A stretch of 64,000 nt of DNA from Bdellovibrio sp. (GCA_036677065.1 JAKFBS010000002.1:384001-448000); one strand, 5' to 3'. Shown: positions 26,901 through 38,608, counted from the stretch's first letter. The notes: a model not told the origin generated them from the sequence alone. Numbers and translations are program-made.

Positions 26901-29900
26901 TTAGATTTCGATAAAGTCCGTGCGACCAAAAACCTGATGAACTTCTTCAAAAAACGCATCCGAGATCTGTATGCGTTTAGGCGATTCAGTCTGCATCTCT
27001 ACCGTCTTCTCGTTTAGACTTAAGACTAGGCGAACATTTGTTTCACCCTGAAAAGTATCAAGGATTGTATCTAACTTTTCAAAATCACTGGTTTCAAGCT
27101 TATCTAATCTAAACGACACGCGTTTAGTTTTTTTCATGATTTCGTCAAACGGTGCAATATTATCCACGATAATTTTTGCCGAACCTTCATTAATTTCTAA
27201 ACCCCCACCAATAAGAAGTGGTCGTTCATCTTTTAAGAAGCTTCCGCATTTTTCAAAAGTGTCCGGAAAAATAACTAACTCTGCAGTTCCGGTTAAATCT
27301 TCAAGTTTTGCAAAAGCCATACGTGTGCCTTTTTTAGTGATCATCTCGCGATTCTCAATAATCAGACCGGCAACAATAACACGTTTTTTAGAGTCTTTTT
27401 GAAAGCGGTTCCATTTGCCACTTTCTTTTTTTGCGGCCTCCACAGCTTTTTCTTCAGGAGTCATATCATGTTTATGAAGATCTACGATTTCGCAGGTCGT
27501 CCAAACTTTGGCTAATTTTTCAAAACCACGAAGCGGATGATCACTTAAGTAAAATCCTAAAACTTCTTTTTCGTAAGCTAAAGATTGGGTGCGCGACCAC
27601 TGTTTGGTGTCTTCAAGTTTGATAGCTTGTTTTTCGCCGCCCATATCAAAAAGACTGACTTGGCCCACATCTTTATCTTTTTGTGCGCCGATCGCGTAAT
27701 CTAAGAACTTAGAATAGCCTGTAAATAATTGTGCACGATGCACGCCAAAACCTTCGAAAGCTCCGGCTTTAGTCATACACTCGATCACTTTTTTATTCAC
27801 ACGGCGTAAATCAACATTTTCAAAGAAATCATCAAGGCTTGCAAATTTTTTATCTGGCTGACGGTCGCGCGCTTCAATAATCGCTTCAACCGCGGCTGAG
27901 CCAACACCTTTAATACCACCAAGGCCGAAATAAATAACTTCGCCTTTTACCGAGAATAAATAATCAGAAAAATTCACATGCGGAGGTCTAACTTCTAACC
28001 CGCGTTTTTGCGCATCTTTTACATATTTAACAACTTTATCAGTATCACCAACCTCAGTTGATAAAAGGGCTGCAAAAAATTCAGCTGGGTAATAATGTTT
28101 TACCCAAGCAGTTTGTGCCGTAATTACCGAATAAGCTGCCGCATGCGATTTATTGAAACCGTAATCGGCAAACTTATACATTAATTCGAAAAGCTCTTCA
28201 GATCTTTGCTTATCGTGACCTCGCTCTAACGCCCCTTTCATGAAACGCTGGCGATGCTGATCCATTTCTTCTTTGATCTTTTTACCCATCGCACGACGAA
28301 GCATATCGGCTTCACCAAGAGAGTATCCGGCAATAATCGAAGCAATACCCATAACTTGCTCTTGGTAAACCATGATTCCATAGGTTTCTTCCAAGACTTG
28401 TTTGGTTTCTGGCAATAGGTATTCTACCGGTGTTTCACCGTGTTTACGCTTGGTAAACTCTGGAATATTCGCCATCGGACCCGGGCGGTAAAGTGAGGTG
28501 ATCGCGGTAATATCAGCAAAGCTTGTAGGCTTAATTTTTCTGGTAGCGTCAGTAATACCTTCGCCCTCGAACTGAAATACTCCGGCCGTGTCACCACGAG
28601 ATAATAATTCATAAATTTTAGAATCGTTGATCGGAATATTTTTTTCTAAAACATCAAGACCACGATTTTGTTTAACTAATTTTAAAGCATGATGAATATG
28701 AGTTAAAGTTTTAAGACCCAAGAAGTCGAACTTAATTAATCCGATTTTCTCAGCATGCTTCATATCATACTGAACAACGTTTTCATCATCTGCGCCCTTA
28801 TACATCGGCGCATGTTTTACTAAACTGCCATCGGCAATAATTACGCCCGCAGCATGGATGCCCGCATGACGAACTAAACCCTCTACACGAAGTGCAAGTT
28901 CGACTAACGTTTGCACAGTAGGATTAGACTCCATCGCTTCACGAATACGAGGCTCTGCCGCTAATGAGTCTGTTAAATTAATCCCTAACTTATCAGGAAT
29001 TAATTTAGATACGACATCCACTTCAGGAAAAGTCATACCCAATACGCGGCCCACATCTTTTAGCGCAGCACGGGTTTGTAATTTTCCGTAAGTGATAATT
29101 TGTGAAACTGAGGCTGAACCGTATTTTTCAGTAACATACTGAATAACTTCCTGACGGCGATCCTGACAGAAGTCGATATCGAAATCGGGCATCGAAATAC
29201 GTTCGGGATTTAAGAAACGCTCAAACAGTAGAAAATTTGGAATCGGATCAAGATCAGTAATACGCAAACTGTAAGCGACAAGCGACCCTGCTCCAGATCC
29301 ACGGCCTGGGCCTACCGGAATATCGCGGTTTTTTGCCCAGTTGATGAAATCCATAACGATTAAAAAATAACCGTTAAATCCCATGCGATCGATAATATTT
29401 AATTCAAAATTTAAACGATTAAAATAATCTGGCTTTTTTTCTTCAGGAACTTCCTGGCCAACGGCTTTAAGTTCTTCGAAGCGTACTTTCAAACCTTCGG
29501 TTGCATGATGCAGAATTTCTTCTTTAACTGTACGGCCATCAGCTGTCGGAAAGCTTGGCAAATGGTAAATTGCTTTTCCGTTTTCATCTTTAAGTTTAAA
29601 TTTAACATTACAACGATCAGCAATAACTTGTGTGTTCGTTATCGCCTCTGGCAAATCCGAAAAAAGTTTCGTCATGCTTTCAGTTGATTTAAAATAAAAT
29701 TCAGAACTTCCTAGTTTGTATCTAGACTCGTCGGCTAAAGTTTTATTCGACCCGATACAAACTAGTACTTCTTGCGCGATTTGATCGTCTTGCGTGATGT
29801 AGTGCACATCATTTGATGCAACGATGGGAACATGACAAATCTTTGAAGCTTCTAAAATAAAATTATTAATCGTTTTTTGCGCATCACTGCCTTGTGGAAG

Positions 29901-30449
29901 TGTGCGCGACAATTCTAAATAAAAACGATCATCAAAAAGTTCTTTTAATTTTCTAACTTTGGCTAACGCGGCTTCTGGTCCTTCTTTTAAAAGTGTACCA
30001 ATAACTTCACCACGCGTTGTGCCGCTCAAACAGATTAAATCTTTCGAGTAATCTTTTAAAACGTCGTAATCAATTCTTGGCTTCCAGTAAAAACCCTCTT
30101 GGTAACCCACCGATGAAAGTTTACAAAGATTTTGATAGCCTTCTAGATTTTGTGCCAACAACACTAAACGCTGTGGTCCTAAAGTAATCTCAGAATATTT
30201 TTGATTGGGATCTTGTTTTTTATCTAGTCGCGAATTTGGTGCGACATAGGCTTCAAGACCAATCAATGGTTTTACGCCTTTATCTTGGCAGGCAAAGTAA
30301 AACTCAATCGCACCGAACATGTTTCCATAATCAGTAAGAGCTACGGCAGGTTGTTGGTAATCGGCCGCTTTTTTAGCGATTGCCTTGACCCGGCACGAAG
30401 CCTCTAAAAGGGAGTACTCAGAATGAACATGTAAGTGCGAAAATGACAT
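26901..30449 (-). CDS. dnaE: DNA polymerase III alpha subunit
   Basis: HLHVHSEYS PHP domain, GRGSGAGS, PDFDIDF, FNKSHA, OB-fold. Confidence 0.98.
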   Translation of the reverse strand: MSFSHLHVHSEYSLLEASCRVKAIAKKAADYQQPAVALTDYGNMFGAIEFYFACQDKGVKPLIGLEAYVAPNSRLDKKQDPNQKYSEITLGPQRLVLLAQNLEGYQNLCKLSSVGYQEGFYWKPRIDYDVLKDYSKDLICLSGTTRGEVIGTLLKEGPEAALAKVRKLKELFDDRFYLELSRTLPQGSDAQKTINNFILEASKICHVPIVASNDVHYITQDDQIAQEVLVCIGSNKTLADESRYKLGSSEFYFKSTESMTKLFSDLPEAITNTQVIADRCNVKFKLKDENGKAIYHLPSFPTADGRTVKEEILHHATEGLKVRFEELKAVGQEVPEEKKPDYFNRLNFELNIIDRMGFNGYFLIVMDFINWAKNRDIPVGPGRGSGAGSLVAYSLRITDLDPIPNFLLFERFLNPERISMPDFDIDFCQDRRQEVIQYVTEKYGSASVSQIITYGKLQTRAALKDVGRVLGMTFPEVDVVSKLIPDKLGINLTDSLAAEPRIREAMESNPTVQTLVELALRVEGLVRHAGIHAAGVIIADGSLVKHAPMYKGADDENVVQYDMKHAEKIGLIKFDFLGLKTLTHIHHALKLVKQNRGLDVLEKNIPINDSKIYELLSRGDTAGVFQFEGEGITDATRKIKPTSFADITAITSLYRPGPMANIPEFTKRKHGETPVEYLLPETKQVLEETYGIMVYQEQVMGIASIIAGYSLGEADMLRRAMGKKIKEEMDQHRQRFMKGALERGHDKQRSEELFELMYKFADYGFNKSHAAAYSVITAQTAWVKHYYPAEFFAALLSTEVGDTDKVVKYVKDAQKRGLEVRPPHVNFSDYLFSVKGEVIYFGLGGIKGVGSAAVEAIIEARDRQPDKKFASLDDFFENVDLRRVNKKVIECMTKAGAFEGFGVHRAQLFTGYSKFLDYAIGAQKDKDVGQVSLFDMGGEKQAIKLEDTKQWSRTQSLAYEKEVLGFYLSDHPLRGFEKLAKVWTTCEIVDLHKHDMTPEEKAVEAAKKESGKWNRFQKDSKKRVIVAGLIIENREMITKKGTRMAFAKLEDLTGTAELVIFPDTFEKCGSFLKDERPLLIGGGLEINEGSAKIIVDNIAPFDEIMKKTKRVSFRLDKLETSDFEKLDTILDTFQGETNVRLVLSLNEKTVEMQTESPKRIQISDAFFEEVHQVFGRTDFIEI

Positions 30450-30571
30450 TTCTTAACTATACTTTTTGAAGAGTTATGTTTCAAAACAACTGTGAGTAGC
30501 GCAGTGTATAAACTGAGATTAAAGTTTCAGCACTATTTGCAGCAAATCAGACTATGTTTTACGCTCTTAGA

Positions 30572-31582
30572 ATGAAAATATACTCAGATATCACACAAAC
30601 GATTGGTTCTACTCCGTTAGTTAAACTTCAACGACTGAATAAAGGCTTAAAAGCTGAACTTTTATTAAAGTTAGAATTTTTTAACCCTCTGGGATCAGTC
30701 AAAGACCGCATTGGCCTGAACATGATTGCTGAAGCTGAAAAATCTGGAGCTCTACAACCAGGCATGACGGTTATCGAGCCCACTAGCGGCAATACCGGAA
30801 TTGCCTTAGCTTTTGTGTGTGCAGCCAAAGGTTACGAACTCACTCTGGTTATGCCAGAAACAATGTCACAAGAACGCAGAACACTTTTACTTTTGTTAGG
30901 TGCAAATCTTGTATTAACTCCAGGACCACTCGGAATGCGTGGAGCTATCGCTAAAGCCCTTGAAATTTCTGACACCGATAAATCAAAAAAATATTTTTTG
31001 CCACGCCAGTTTGAAAATCCGGCAAATCCTCAAGTCCACGAAAAAACTACCGCTCTTGAAATCTGGAACGACACTGACGGAAAAGTCGACATCGTGGTTT
31101 CTGGCGTTGGCACAGGTGGAACAATTACCGGTGTGGGAAAAGTTCTTAAACAGAAAAATTCTAAAATTCAAATGGTCGCGGTTGAACCCACTGAAAGCCC
31201 TGTGTTGAGCGGCGGCAAACCCTCGCCGCACAAAATTCAAGGCATTGGTGCTGGATTTATTCCGCTGGTACTTGATCGAAAAATTATTGATCGTATCGAA
31301 CAAATTTCAAGTGAAGACTCGTTAGTTATGGCCCGTAGAGTGATCAAAGAAGAGGGCATTCCCGTCGGAATCAGCTCTGGAGCTGCGATTGCGGTAGGAT
31401 TAAAACTTGCAGCCTTAGACGAAAACCAAGGTAAAAATATCGTTGTTATCGTTCCAAGTTATTCTGAAAGATATTTATCAACACTTCTTGCAGAAGCAGA
31501 ACGCACGCAGGCGCAAAGCTTAACAACATCAACTGTAAGTGAAGAGTATTTAAAAAAAGTAGTTGTTCAACAAGGAATCTAG
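30572..31582 (+). CDS. cysK: Cysteine synthase A (probable start ATG 30572)
   Basis: [31 protein letters not shown]. Confidence 0.95.
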   Translation: MKIYSDITQTIGSTPLVKLQRLNKGLKAELLLKLEFFNPLGSVKDRIGLNMIAEAEKSGALQPGMTVIEPTSGNTGIALAFVCAAKGYELTLVMPETMSQERRTLLLLLGANLVLTPGPLGMRGAIAKALEISDTDKSKKYFLPRQFENPANPQVHEKTTALEIWNDTDGKVDIVVSGVGTGGTITGVGKVLKQKNSKIQMVAVEPTESPVLSGGKPSPHKIQGIGAGFIPLVLDRKIIDRIEQISSEDSLVMARRVIKEEGIPVGISSGAAIAVGLKLAALDENQGKNIVVIVPSYSERYLSTLLAEAERTQAQSLTTSTVSEEYLKKVVVQQGI

Positions 31583-31938
31583 CGAGGTATGTAAACTTGC
31601 GCCAAAACATGGGCCACGCTAATGAGCACACAAAGGCCGAAAAACAGCAGCATTCGAGGGTTGTTTAATTTAATTTTAAACATGATGCGCATTAAAAAAG
31701 TGCGCATCATAAAGTCGAATAACCCATACATCACCCCTTGCGAGAATCTAAAGCCAAAGTCATTTGTAATTGGCGGTGGCATGACCAGCTTAAAAACAAG
31801 AATATTGGCTATGATGGCGGTTAAAGTTGTAACAATCGCCCAAATTTTTAGTGATCGCTTCCATTCAATATCTAAGATGCGCTTAAATAAAACCGCATCA
31901 ATGACAAAAAAAACAACGAATAGAATTTGCCTTAACAA
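31579..31938 (-). CDS. Small 4-TM hypothetical membrane protein
   Basis: TTG start immediately after guaA stop; four hydrophobic segments. Confidence 0.6.
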   Translation of the reverse strand: MLRQILFVVFFVIDAVLFKRILDIEWKRSLKIWAIVTTLTAIIANILVFKLVMPPPITNDFGFRFSQGVMYGLFDFMMRTFLMRIMFKIKLNNPRMLLFFGLCVLISVAHVLAQVYIPR

Positions 31939-33477
31939 TTATTCCCACTCAATAGTTGCAGGTGGTTTTGAAGTAATATCATAAACCACACGGTTAATAC
32001 CTTTAACTTTATTAGTGATTTCATTAGAAACTTTTTTCAAAAATCCTTGCGGAAAATCAAACCAGTCAGCGGTCATTCCATCAATTGATGTCACCGCGCG
32101 AAGTGCAAGTACCGAATCATAAGTTCTGCCATCACCCATCACACCCACTGTTTGCACCGGTAAGATCACGCAGAAGGCCTGCCAGATTTGATCATAGATA
32201 CCATCGCGGCGAAGTGCCGAGATATAAACATCATCTGCTTTTTTTAGAATTTCTAATTTTTCTTTAGTCACTTCACCGATCACACGAATGCTTAAGCCCG
32301 GCCCTGGAAAAGGGTGACGGCCGATCATATCTTGCGGAAGACCTAACTCTAAGCCAAGTTTACGCACTTCATCTTTAAATAAATAACGAACCGGCTCGAC
32401 AAGCTTAAGATTCATTTTATCTGGCAAACCACCCACATTGTGATGCGATTTAATCGTCACACTGCCACCAACGCTTGAAATACTTTCGATCACGTCAGGG
32501 TAAAGAGTACCTTGCGCCAAAAATTTAATTTTACCTTGAGTGTGTTTTAATTCATCTTTAATAACTTCATCAAAGGCTTCGATAAATGTTCGACCGATGG
32601 CCTTACGTTTCTTCTCGGGATCAGAAAGACCTGCTAACGCAGATAAAAATTCTTTTTCTTTATCAACACCGTGAACATTTAAACCAAAATCTTTATATTG
32701 AGTTAAAACTTTTTCGAATTCATTTAACCGAAGCAAACCGTTATTGATAAATACGCAGTGAACGCGCTCTGCGCCAAGTACTTTTGTAAGTAATGTCGCT
32801 ACAACACTTGAATCCACGCCGCCTGATAAGGCACATAAAACATGATCATCAGGGCCTACCGTTTTTAAAATCATGTCCGTACATTCGCTCACTAATGATT
32901 TTGCATTCCAGTCAGCTTTCACTTTAAAATTTTCTAAAAAGGCCTGAAGAATTTCTTTACCATATTCTGAATGAGAAACTTCAGGATGGTATTGCAAAGC
33001 CCAATAGCGGTCTGAATAAAAACCTGCAATATGATCTTCTGTGGTACACAGCAATTGCGCCTCTGAAGGAATTTTTGTAACTACGTCCCCGTGACTCATC
33101 CACACATTCACTGTATTTGGGATATTATTAAAAGTTTTTTTCCAAACTACTGGTTTATGGCCGTATTCACGATGTTTTGCCGATTCAACCGCACCACCCA
33201 TTTGATGGGCTAACAGCTGCATGCCGTAACAAATTCCTAATACCGGGGCGACTTCTAAAACTTCTTGAACATTTTTAGTCGGAGATTCAGATTCATAAAC
33301 TGAAAATGGACCGCCACTTAAAATAATCGCGTCCGGTTTGAAATCTCTAATATCTGAAATTTCTGTTTTATAACTTTTAATTTCACAGTAATAACCTAAT
33401 TCACGTAAACGACGAGCAATAAGCATGGTTACTTGTGAGCCGAAATCTAATATCAAAACTTTTGAATGCTGTAACAT
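31939..33477 (-). CDS. guaA: GMP synthase
   Basis: DFGSQ, GICYGMQ, QYHPE, SGGVDS, KSHHNVGGL, KPPATIEWE. Confidence 0.98.
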   Translation of the reverse strand: MLQHSKVLILDFGSQVTMLIARRLRELGYYCEIKSYKTEISDIRDFKPDAIILSGGPFSVYESESPTKNVQEVLEVAPVLGICYGMQLLAHQMGGAVESAKHREYGHKPVVWKKTFNNIPNTVNVWMSHGDVVTKIPSEAQLLCTTEDHIAGFYSDRYWALQYHPEVSHSEYGKEILQAFLENFKVKADWNAKSLVSECTDMILKTVGPDDHVLCALSGGVDSSVVATLLTKVLGAERVHCVFINNGLLRLNEFEKVLTQYKDFGLNVHGVDKEKEFLSALAGLSDPEKKRKAIGRTFIEAFDEVIKDELKHTQGKIKFLAQGTLYPDVIESISSVGGSVTIKSHHNVGGLPDKMNLKLVEPVRYLFKDEVRKLGLELGLPQDMIGRHPFPGPGLSIRVIGEVTKEKLEILKKADDVYISALRRDGIYDQIWQAFCVILPVQTVGVMGDGRTYDSVLALRAVTSIDGMTADWFDFPQGFLKKVSNEITNKVKGINRVVYDITSKPPATIEWE

Positions 33478-33486
33478 AATCTAATT

Positions 33487-34950
33487 CTATTCCAATCTGT
33501 AATTCGGAGCTTCTTTTGTAATACTGACATCGTGCACATGCGATTCTTTTAATCCAGAACTTGTGATTTGCACGAACTGCGCTTTACTTTGTAATTCTTC
33601 GATATTGCGAGCACCGATGTAGCCCATACCTGATTTTAATCCGCCCACTAACTGATGAATGATACCGCTGGCATTTCCTTTATAAGGAACTTTTCCTTCG
33701 ATGCCTTCGGGTACTAATTTATCTTCGTCATTTGTATCCATTTGGCCGTAGCGATCTTTTGACCCCAAAGCCATAGCGCCAATTGAACCCATACCGCGGT
33801 AAACTTTATAAGTACGGCCTTGATATAATACTGTCTCACCCGGAGACTCTTCTGCACCGGCTAATAAATTTCCGATCATCACTGAATTTGCACCAAGCGC
33901 TAAAGCTTTCGTTACATCACCAGAATATTTAATCCCGCCATCAGCGATAATTGTTTTACCTAATTTTTTTGCGATCGCAGAACATTTCATGACCGCAGAA
34001 ATTTGCGGCATACCCACACCTGCTACCACGCGTGTTGTACAAATACTTCCTGGGCCTACACCCACTTTAACAACATCAGCACCATGTTCGATTAACATTT
34101 TCGTGGCGTCTTCAGTCACCACGTTACCTGCAACAAGAACTACGTCTTTGTATTTACTGCGAACGTATTTAACCATTTCGATCACATTTTTAGAATGGCC
34201 GTGAGCTGTATCAACACAGATTACGTCAATATGATTTGCCACAAGCGCATCAATACGATCAGTGCTTCCAACACCCACGCCCACCGCAGCACCGGTGATT
34301 AAACGTCCACGACTATCTTTTGTTGATTGCGGGAATGCCTCTGATTTTTCAATATCTTTAATCGTGATTAAACCTTTTAACATGCCAGCGGCGTTCACCA
34401 CCGGTAATTTTTCAATGCGGTGTTTTTGTAAAATGTTTTTAGCCTGATCAAGGGTTGTGCCTTCAGGAGCCGTGACTAAATTATCTTTCGTCATGATATT
34501 ACGAATCGGTTGATTTACATTTGTTTCAAATCGTAAATCACGATTTGTCAGAATTCCCACAAGCTTACCTTGTGAAGTGATCGGAACGCCTGAAATTGAA
34601 TACTTCGCCATAACTTTTAAGGCTTCATGCACATAATGATCCGGAGATAGGGTGATGGGATCTTGAATCATACCCGATTCGTATTTTTTAACTTTTTCAA
34701 CTTGAAAGGCCTGATCTTCGATCGACATGTTTTTATGGATGATTCCAAGACCACCGTTTTGCGCCATGATCCTAGCGATGCGGTGTTCGGTCACAGTATC
34801 CATAGCTGCCGAAATAACCGGAGCATTAAGAAAAATATCTTTGGCGAAAAAACTTTTTGGAACAACTTCAGTGGGAACCACTTCAGAAAATTGCGGAACT
34901 AATAAAATATCATCGAAGGTTAAAGCAAGATCGAAAGTCTTGGTAGACAT
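33487..34950 (-). CDS. guaB: IMP dehydrogenase
   Basis: LTFDD, CBS pair, GPGSICTTR, YRGMGS, ESHVHD. Confidence 0.98.
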   Translation of the reverse strand: MSTKTFDLALTFDDILLVPQFSEVVPTEVVPKSFFAKDIFLNAPVISAAMDTVTEHRIARIMAQNGGLGIIHKNMSIEDQAFQVEKVKKYESGMIQDPITLSPDHYVHEALKVMAKYSISGVPITSQGKLVGILTNRDLRFETNVNQPIRNIMTKDNLVTAPEGTTLDQAKNILQKHRIEKLPVVNAAGMLKGLITIKDIEKSEAFPQSTKDSRGRLITGAAVGVGVGSTDRIDALVANHIDVICVDTAHGHSKNVIEMVKYVRSKYKDVVLVAGNVVTEDATKMLIEHGADVVKVGVGPGSICTTRVVAGVGMPQISAVMKCSAIAKKLGKTIIADGGIKYSGDVTKALALGANSVMIGNLLAGAEESPGETVLYQGRTYKVYRGMGSIGAMALGSKDRYGQMDTNDEDKLVPEGIEGKVPYKGNASGIIHQLVGGLKSGMGYIGARNIEELQSKAQFVQITSSGLKESHVHDVSITKEAPNYRLE

Positions 34951-34983
34951 AGTGAGTACTCCATTGTTGTACTCAAAAGTGTA

Positions 34984-35484
34984 TCAATACCAGGATTTAT
35001 AGAGCAAATAATTATCAGCAGACTGGTCGAGGAACTTGATTTCTTCCTCGGTGAGTCGACGTTTAAACACTGCAGGACGACCCACGATTAATGAATAGGG
35101 TTCAAACTTCTTACCTTCAGTGACTAAACTTCCAGCACCAACCACCGAATGCTCACCGATTTCAGCGCCATCCATAACAATTGAGCCCATACCAATTAAA
35201 CATTTACGGCCAATAGTACAGCCATGAAGAATCACATTATGGCCAATCGTAACACGCTCAGCGACTTTGCAGGCAAACTTACCGTAAGTGCCGTGCAGAA
35301 CTGAACCATCTTGAATGTTAGTCTCAGCCCCTATGGTGATCGGCATCACATCACCACGAATGGTAACATTATACCAAACAGAGGCGTGATTACCTAAAAC
35401 CACATCGCCAATGATGCGCGCGTTGTCAGCGATAAATACCTCTTCACCAACGATAGGTTTTTTACCACGTGCTTCGATAATCAT
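34984..35484 (-). CDS. Gamma carbonic anhydrase family (YrdA/PaaY-like)
   Basis: Hexapeptide repeats, RGD, NIQD, TIGH...LHGC. Confidence 0.92.
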   Translation of the reverse strand: MIIEARGKKPIVGEEVFIADNARIIGDVVLGNHASVWYNVTIRGDVMPITIGAETNIQDGSVLHGTYGKFACKVAERVTIGHNVILHGCTIGRKCLIGMGSIVMDGAEIGEHSVVGAGSLVTEGKKFEPYSLIVGRPAVFKRRLTEEEIKFLDQSADNYLLYKSWY

Positions 35485-36032
35485 TAGTGTAACAATTCTT
35501 TCTTAACAGCAACATTACGCTGATTCATGACGATGTGAGCTGTTTCATCCATTGAGGTTGTCGACATCACTTTAGATTTTTGGATATAACTTTTTGTCGC
35601 AAAAAACGGAACTTTTAAATGTAAACATAAGCTCATCGCTTCATCCGCACGAAGTTTGATACTTTGGTATTTCGCATGACCTGTCATGAAAATGCGAACG
35701 TACTGGTGATTACCAGTGATCTCGATAAACACACAGCGTTCGATACGAATATCTAAGCTAGATAATAATTTTTCTAAAAATGCATGCGGCGTAGTTGTAA
35801 CTTGTGTGGGGCTTGATTGCGATAAAGCCACACCCGCTTCAATTTGTGTAACTGCAACTGGAAGTGTGTGCTCACCTAGTGCGTCTTTTAAGATTAAAAA
35901 TGGGCGAGCATTGTCGTTATTCAAACTTAAGCCGTAAGGTTTTAACTCGACTAAATCATCATCATCAAAACCAAACTTTTCGTCTTGCTGAGAGTTAAAT
36001 AAAAAATCGGCTTTCATATTTTCAACGACCAT
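35484..36032 (-). CDS. Bifunctional nuclease (DUF151) family protein
   Basis: PFLILKD...LPVAV..IEA, TPH, R.DEAMSL; follows miaB. Confidence 0.75.
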   Translation of the reverse strand: MVVENMKADFLFNSQQDEKFGFDDDDLVELKPYGLSLNNDNARPFLILKDALGEHTLPVAVTQIEAGVALSQSSPTQVTTTPHAFLEKLLSSLDIRIERCVFIEITGNHQYVRIFMTGHAKYQSIKLRADEAMSLCLHLKVPFFATKSYIQKSKVMSTTSMDETAHIVMNQRNVAVKKELLH

Positions 36033-36034
36033 AA

Positions 36035-37432
36035 TTATTGAACCAATTCTCCACGTAAAACATTTGGAGTCGAAGAGATAATTCTGACAGGAACTGTTTT
36101 GCCGATCAAGTCACTTGAACCTAAGAAATAAACTGATTTGTTCTGCGTGCTACGACCGAAAGCTTTACCTTGTTCATTTACGCTTTCAACTAATACTTTT
36201 AAAGTTTGGCCAGTGTATTTAGCCACTAGTTCAAAAGCTAATTTATCATGAACATCAAATAAATGATTTAAACGGCGATTTTTAACTTCTTCAGGCAATT
36301 GGTCTTCAAATTTTGCAGCTTTTGTGAACGGACGAGGCGAATACATGAAAGCAAAAATTGTTTCATAACCAATTTCTTCAACCATTGTCACAGTGTCGTT
36401 AAATTCTTCTTCAGTCTCGCCAGGAAAACCGACAATGATGTCAGTTGATAAAACTAAATTCGGAATAATTTTTTTCATCTGGTTGATTTTAGCGATGTAC
36501 TCTTCACGCGTATAATTGCGATTCATTCTATCAAGAATACGAGTGTTGCCACTTTGAAAAGGCAAATGAACGTATTCGCAGATTTTATCCTGGTGATCAG
36601 CCATAACGTGCATTAATTTTTCATTAAAGTCTTTAGGATGAGATGTCGTGTAACGAATTCTTTCGATATCAGTCTCTGTGGCTACTTTTTTTAATAAGTC
36701 AGCGAAATCAAGACCGTCTTCAGATTCGTATGAATTTACGTTTTGTCCAAGCAACGTTACTTCTTTAACACCACGTTGAATTAATGTTCTAACATCCATC
36801 ATGATGTGTGAAAGAGGACGGGATTTTTCGCGGCCACGAGTGTACGGAACGATACAGAACGTGCAAAAATTATCACAGCCTTTAGTGATATTTACGAAAG
36901 TAGATACACCTGGATTACGCACTAGAGTTTCAACATGGTAAGGCGCGCGATGTTCAAATTTTGCATTTACTGCTTTAGTGTTCGTCTCGAACACTTGAGT
37001 AACTAAGTTTGGTAATTGGTCGATATTATCCGTACCGAATACGAAATCGATCAACGGTTGATTTTTAATTAAATTTTCTTTTTCTTGTTGGCCGACGCAG
37101 CCACCAACGCCAATTTTAAGATTTGGATTTTTCTTTTTTAAAACTTTAAAAGTTCCAACTTCTGAATAAACTTTATGAACGGGCTTTTCACGCACTGAGC
37201 ACGCATTGATGATAATCAACGAAGCTTCTTCTGCAGTTTTCACCGGAGTAAAGTTTGCCATCTCTAAAAGAGAATGCATACGTTCTGTGTCATTTACGTT
37301 CATTTGGCAGCCATACGTAGAAATATAAACGCCGCGCCCTAAACCCACATCGCTGTTGAGGTAATTTTTAGAAATTTCAGGCATAGAATTTTCAACTGAA
37401 GATGTATCAGAGATGACATTAAGATCCGTCAT
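36035..37432 (-). CDS. miaB: tRNA-2-methylthio-N6-isopentenyladenosine synthase MiaB
   Basis: TYGCQMN, GCDNFCTFC radical SAM motif, TDIIVGFPGET, TRAM domain. Confidence 0.97.
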   Translation of the reverse strand: MTDLNVISDTSSVENSMPEISKNYLNSDVGLGRGVYISTYGCQMNVNDTERMHSLLEMANFTPVKTAEEASLIIINACSVREKPVHKVYSEVGTFKVLKKKNPNLKIGVGGCVGQQEKENLIKNQPLIDFVFGTDNIDQLPNLVTQVFETNTKAVNAKFEHRAPYHVETLVRNPGVSTFVNITKGCDNFCTFCIVPYTRGREKSRPLSHIMMDVRTLIQRGVKEVTLLGQNVNSYESEDGLDFADLLKKVATETDIERIRYTTSHPKDFNEKLMHVMADHQDKICEYVHLPFQSGNTRILDRMNRNYTREEYIAKINQMKKIIPNLVLSTDIIVGFPGETEEEFNDTVTMVEEIGYETIFAFMYSPRPFTKAAKFEDQLPEEVKNRRLNHLFDVHDKLAFELVAKYTGQTLKVLVESVNEQGKAFGRSTQNKSVYFLGSSDLIGKTVPVRIISSTPNVLRGELVQ

Positions 37433-37559
37433 TGCGTTTGCTTCCTTTGTACTTGAGAAATATGAACCCCCGAGATATAAAAAACCCCTCTGTAACAGTC
37501 AATGAATACTCTCTAAACCGTGTATTAAAAACTCTGTTTATAAGAATGAGGATGTAGCC

Positions 37560-38153
37560 ATGAAGCCACGTTATAAAATTAGCCAAAAATGGACCCCGTT
37601 CCCTGTTGAGTTCAGCGATCAGATCAGATCAGTTTTTGTGCAGAATTTCGAAAAAGACATGGGAAAAACCATGAGTCTGTCGGTAAATGGCCGTATTTAT
37701 CAGAAAGAAATAACGCTGCGTGTTGGTCTTCACTCTAAGGGCGAACTTAAACACTTCAATATCGAAGCCTCGGTAGATCTTCCACCAAATCCAACTAAAG
37801 ATGAAAACAAAGTTTTTGAAACAATTTCTATCGCTGTTGATGCCCTAGCAAGTTTAGTGGCCGAATATTTTGAAAATGATCGCGAATTAGAAGTTCCCTT
37901 CACATGGACAGAAACAAAATTCGAAGGCGGAACAGTTTGGATTCAGCACTCTACTGAAAACCCAGACCTTGAAGCTGAAGCTAATAAATTATTGGGTCTA
38001 GTCGATGACGAAGAAGGCGTATTAAAAGATGCTGCCGATGAAAAGTCAGAAGACATCCTAGACGCTACCGAGGAAGAATTTGATGAGTTCGCCGAGAATC
38101 TTTCAAGCGAACCACAAATGTTCAAAAAAAAGAAAAAGGATGATTTACACTAG
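37560..38153 (+). CDS. Hypothetical protein with acidic C-terminus
   Basis: 197-aa ORF with GAGG SD. Confidence 0.8.
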   Translation: MKPRYKISQKWTPFPVEFSDQIRSVFVQNFEKDMGKTMSLSVNGRIYQKEITLRVGLHSKGELKHFNIEASVDLPPNPTKDENKVFETISIAVDALASLVAEYFENDRELEVPFTWTETKFEGGTVWIQHSTENPDLEAEANKLLGLVDDEEGVLKDAADEKSEDILDATEEEFDEFAENLSSEPQMFKKKKKDDLH

Positions 38154-38178
38154 CTGAAAAATCAGCCACCATAATCGT

Positions 38179-38529
38179 ATGGCTGAAGTTAGAGATATTC
38201 CTGCAGGCACTACTCTTTTCTACGAGGGCGAAATTCCCGACAATATGTATGTCGTGAAAAAAGGCGGCTTCGACATTCTCAAAAAAATCGATGGCAACGA
38301 AGTTAAAGTCAGCGAAGCCAAAGAAGGCCAACTGATTGGCGAAATGGCCTTATTTGACTTAAAACCAAGATCTGCAACGATCAAATCCAATCAAGATTCA
38401 TCAGTCGTGGTATTACCTTATGTAAATTTATTAGATCAGTTAGATAAATTACCAGCTTGGGTAAAAATCGTCATGCGCACGTTATCTGATAACTTACGCA
38501 AAACCACAGAACAAATGATGAAGAAATAA
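38179..38529 (+). CDS. Stand-alone cyclic nucleotide-binding domain protein
   Basis: LF.EG...MYVV..G, GEMALF...PRSAT. Confidence 0.9.
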   Translation: MAEVRDIPAGTTLFYEGEIPDNMYVVKKGGFDILKKIDGNEVKVSEAKEGQLIGEMALFDLKPRSATIKSNQDSSVVVLPYVNLLDQLDKLPAWVKIVMRTLSDNLRKTTEQMMKK

Positions 38530-38550
38530 GTTTAAAAAAAATTATGAATA

Positions 38551-38582
38551 AAAAAGGGAAGCTCTAATCAGCTTCCCTTTTT
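38551..38582. terminator. Bidirectional intrinsic terminator
   Basis: AAAAAGGGAAGCT-ctaatc-AGCTTCCCTTTTT between convergent genes. Confidence 0.85.
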
Positions 38583-38608
38583 CGTTTCTCGATTTGCAAA
38601 GCGAGGAT

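Noticed and set aside
26901..30449. Intein or split in dnaE
   Set aside because: Normal length, continuous motifs, no intein splice motifs; only a short charged insertion before the OB-fold
31622..31984. 120-aa plus-strand ORF
   Set aside because: Mirror of the minus-strand membrane ORF that is coupled to guaA
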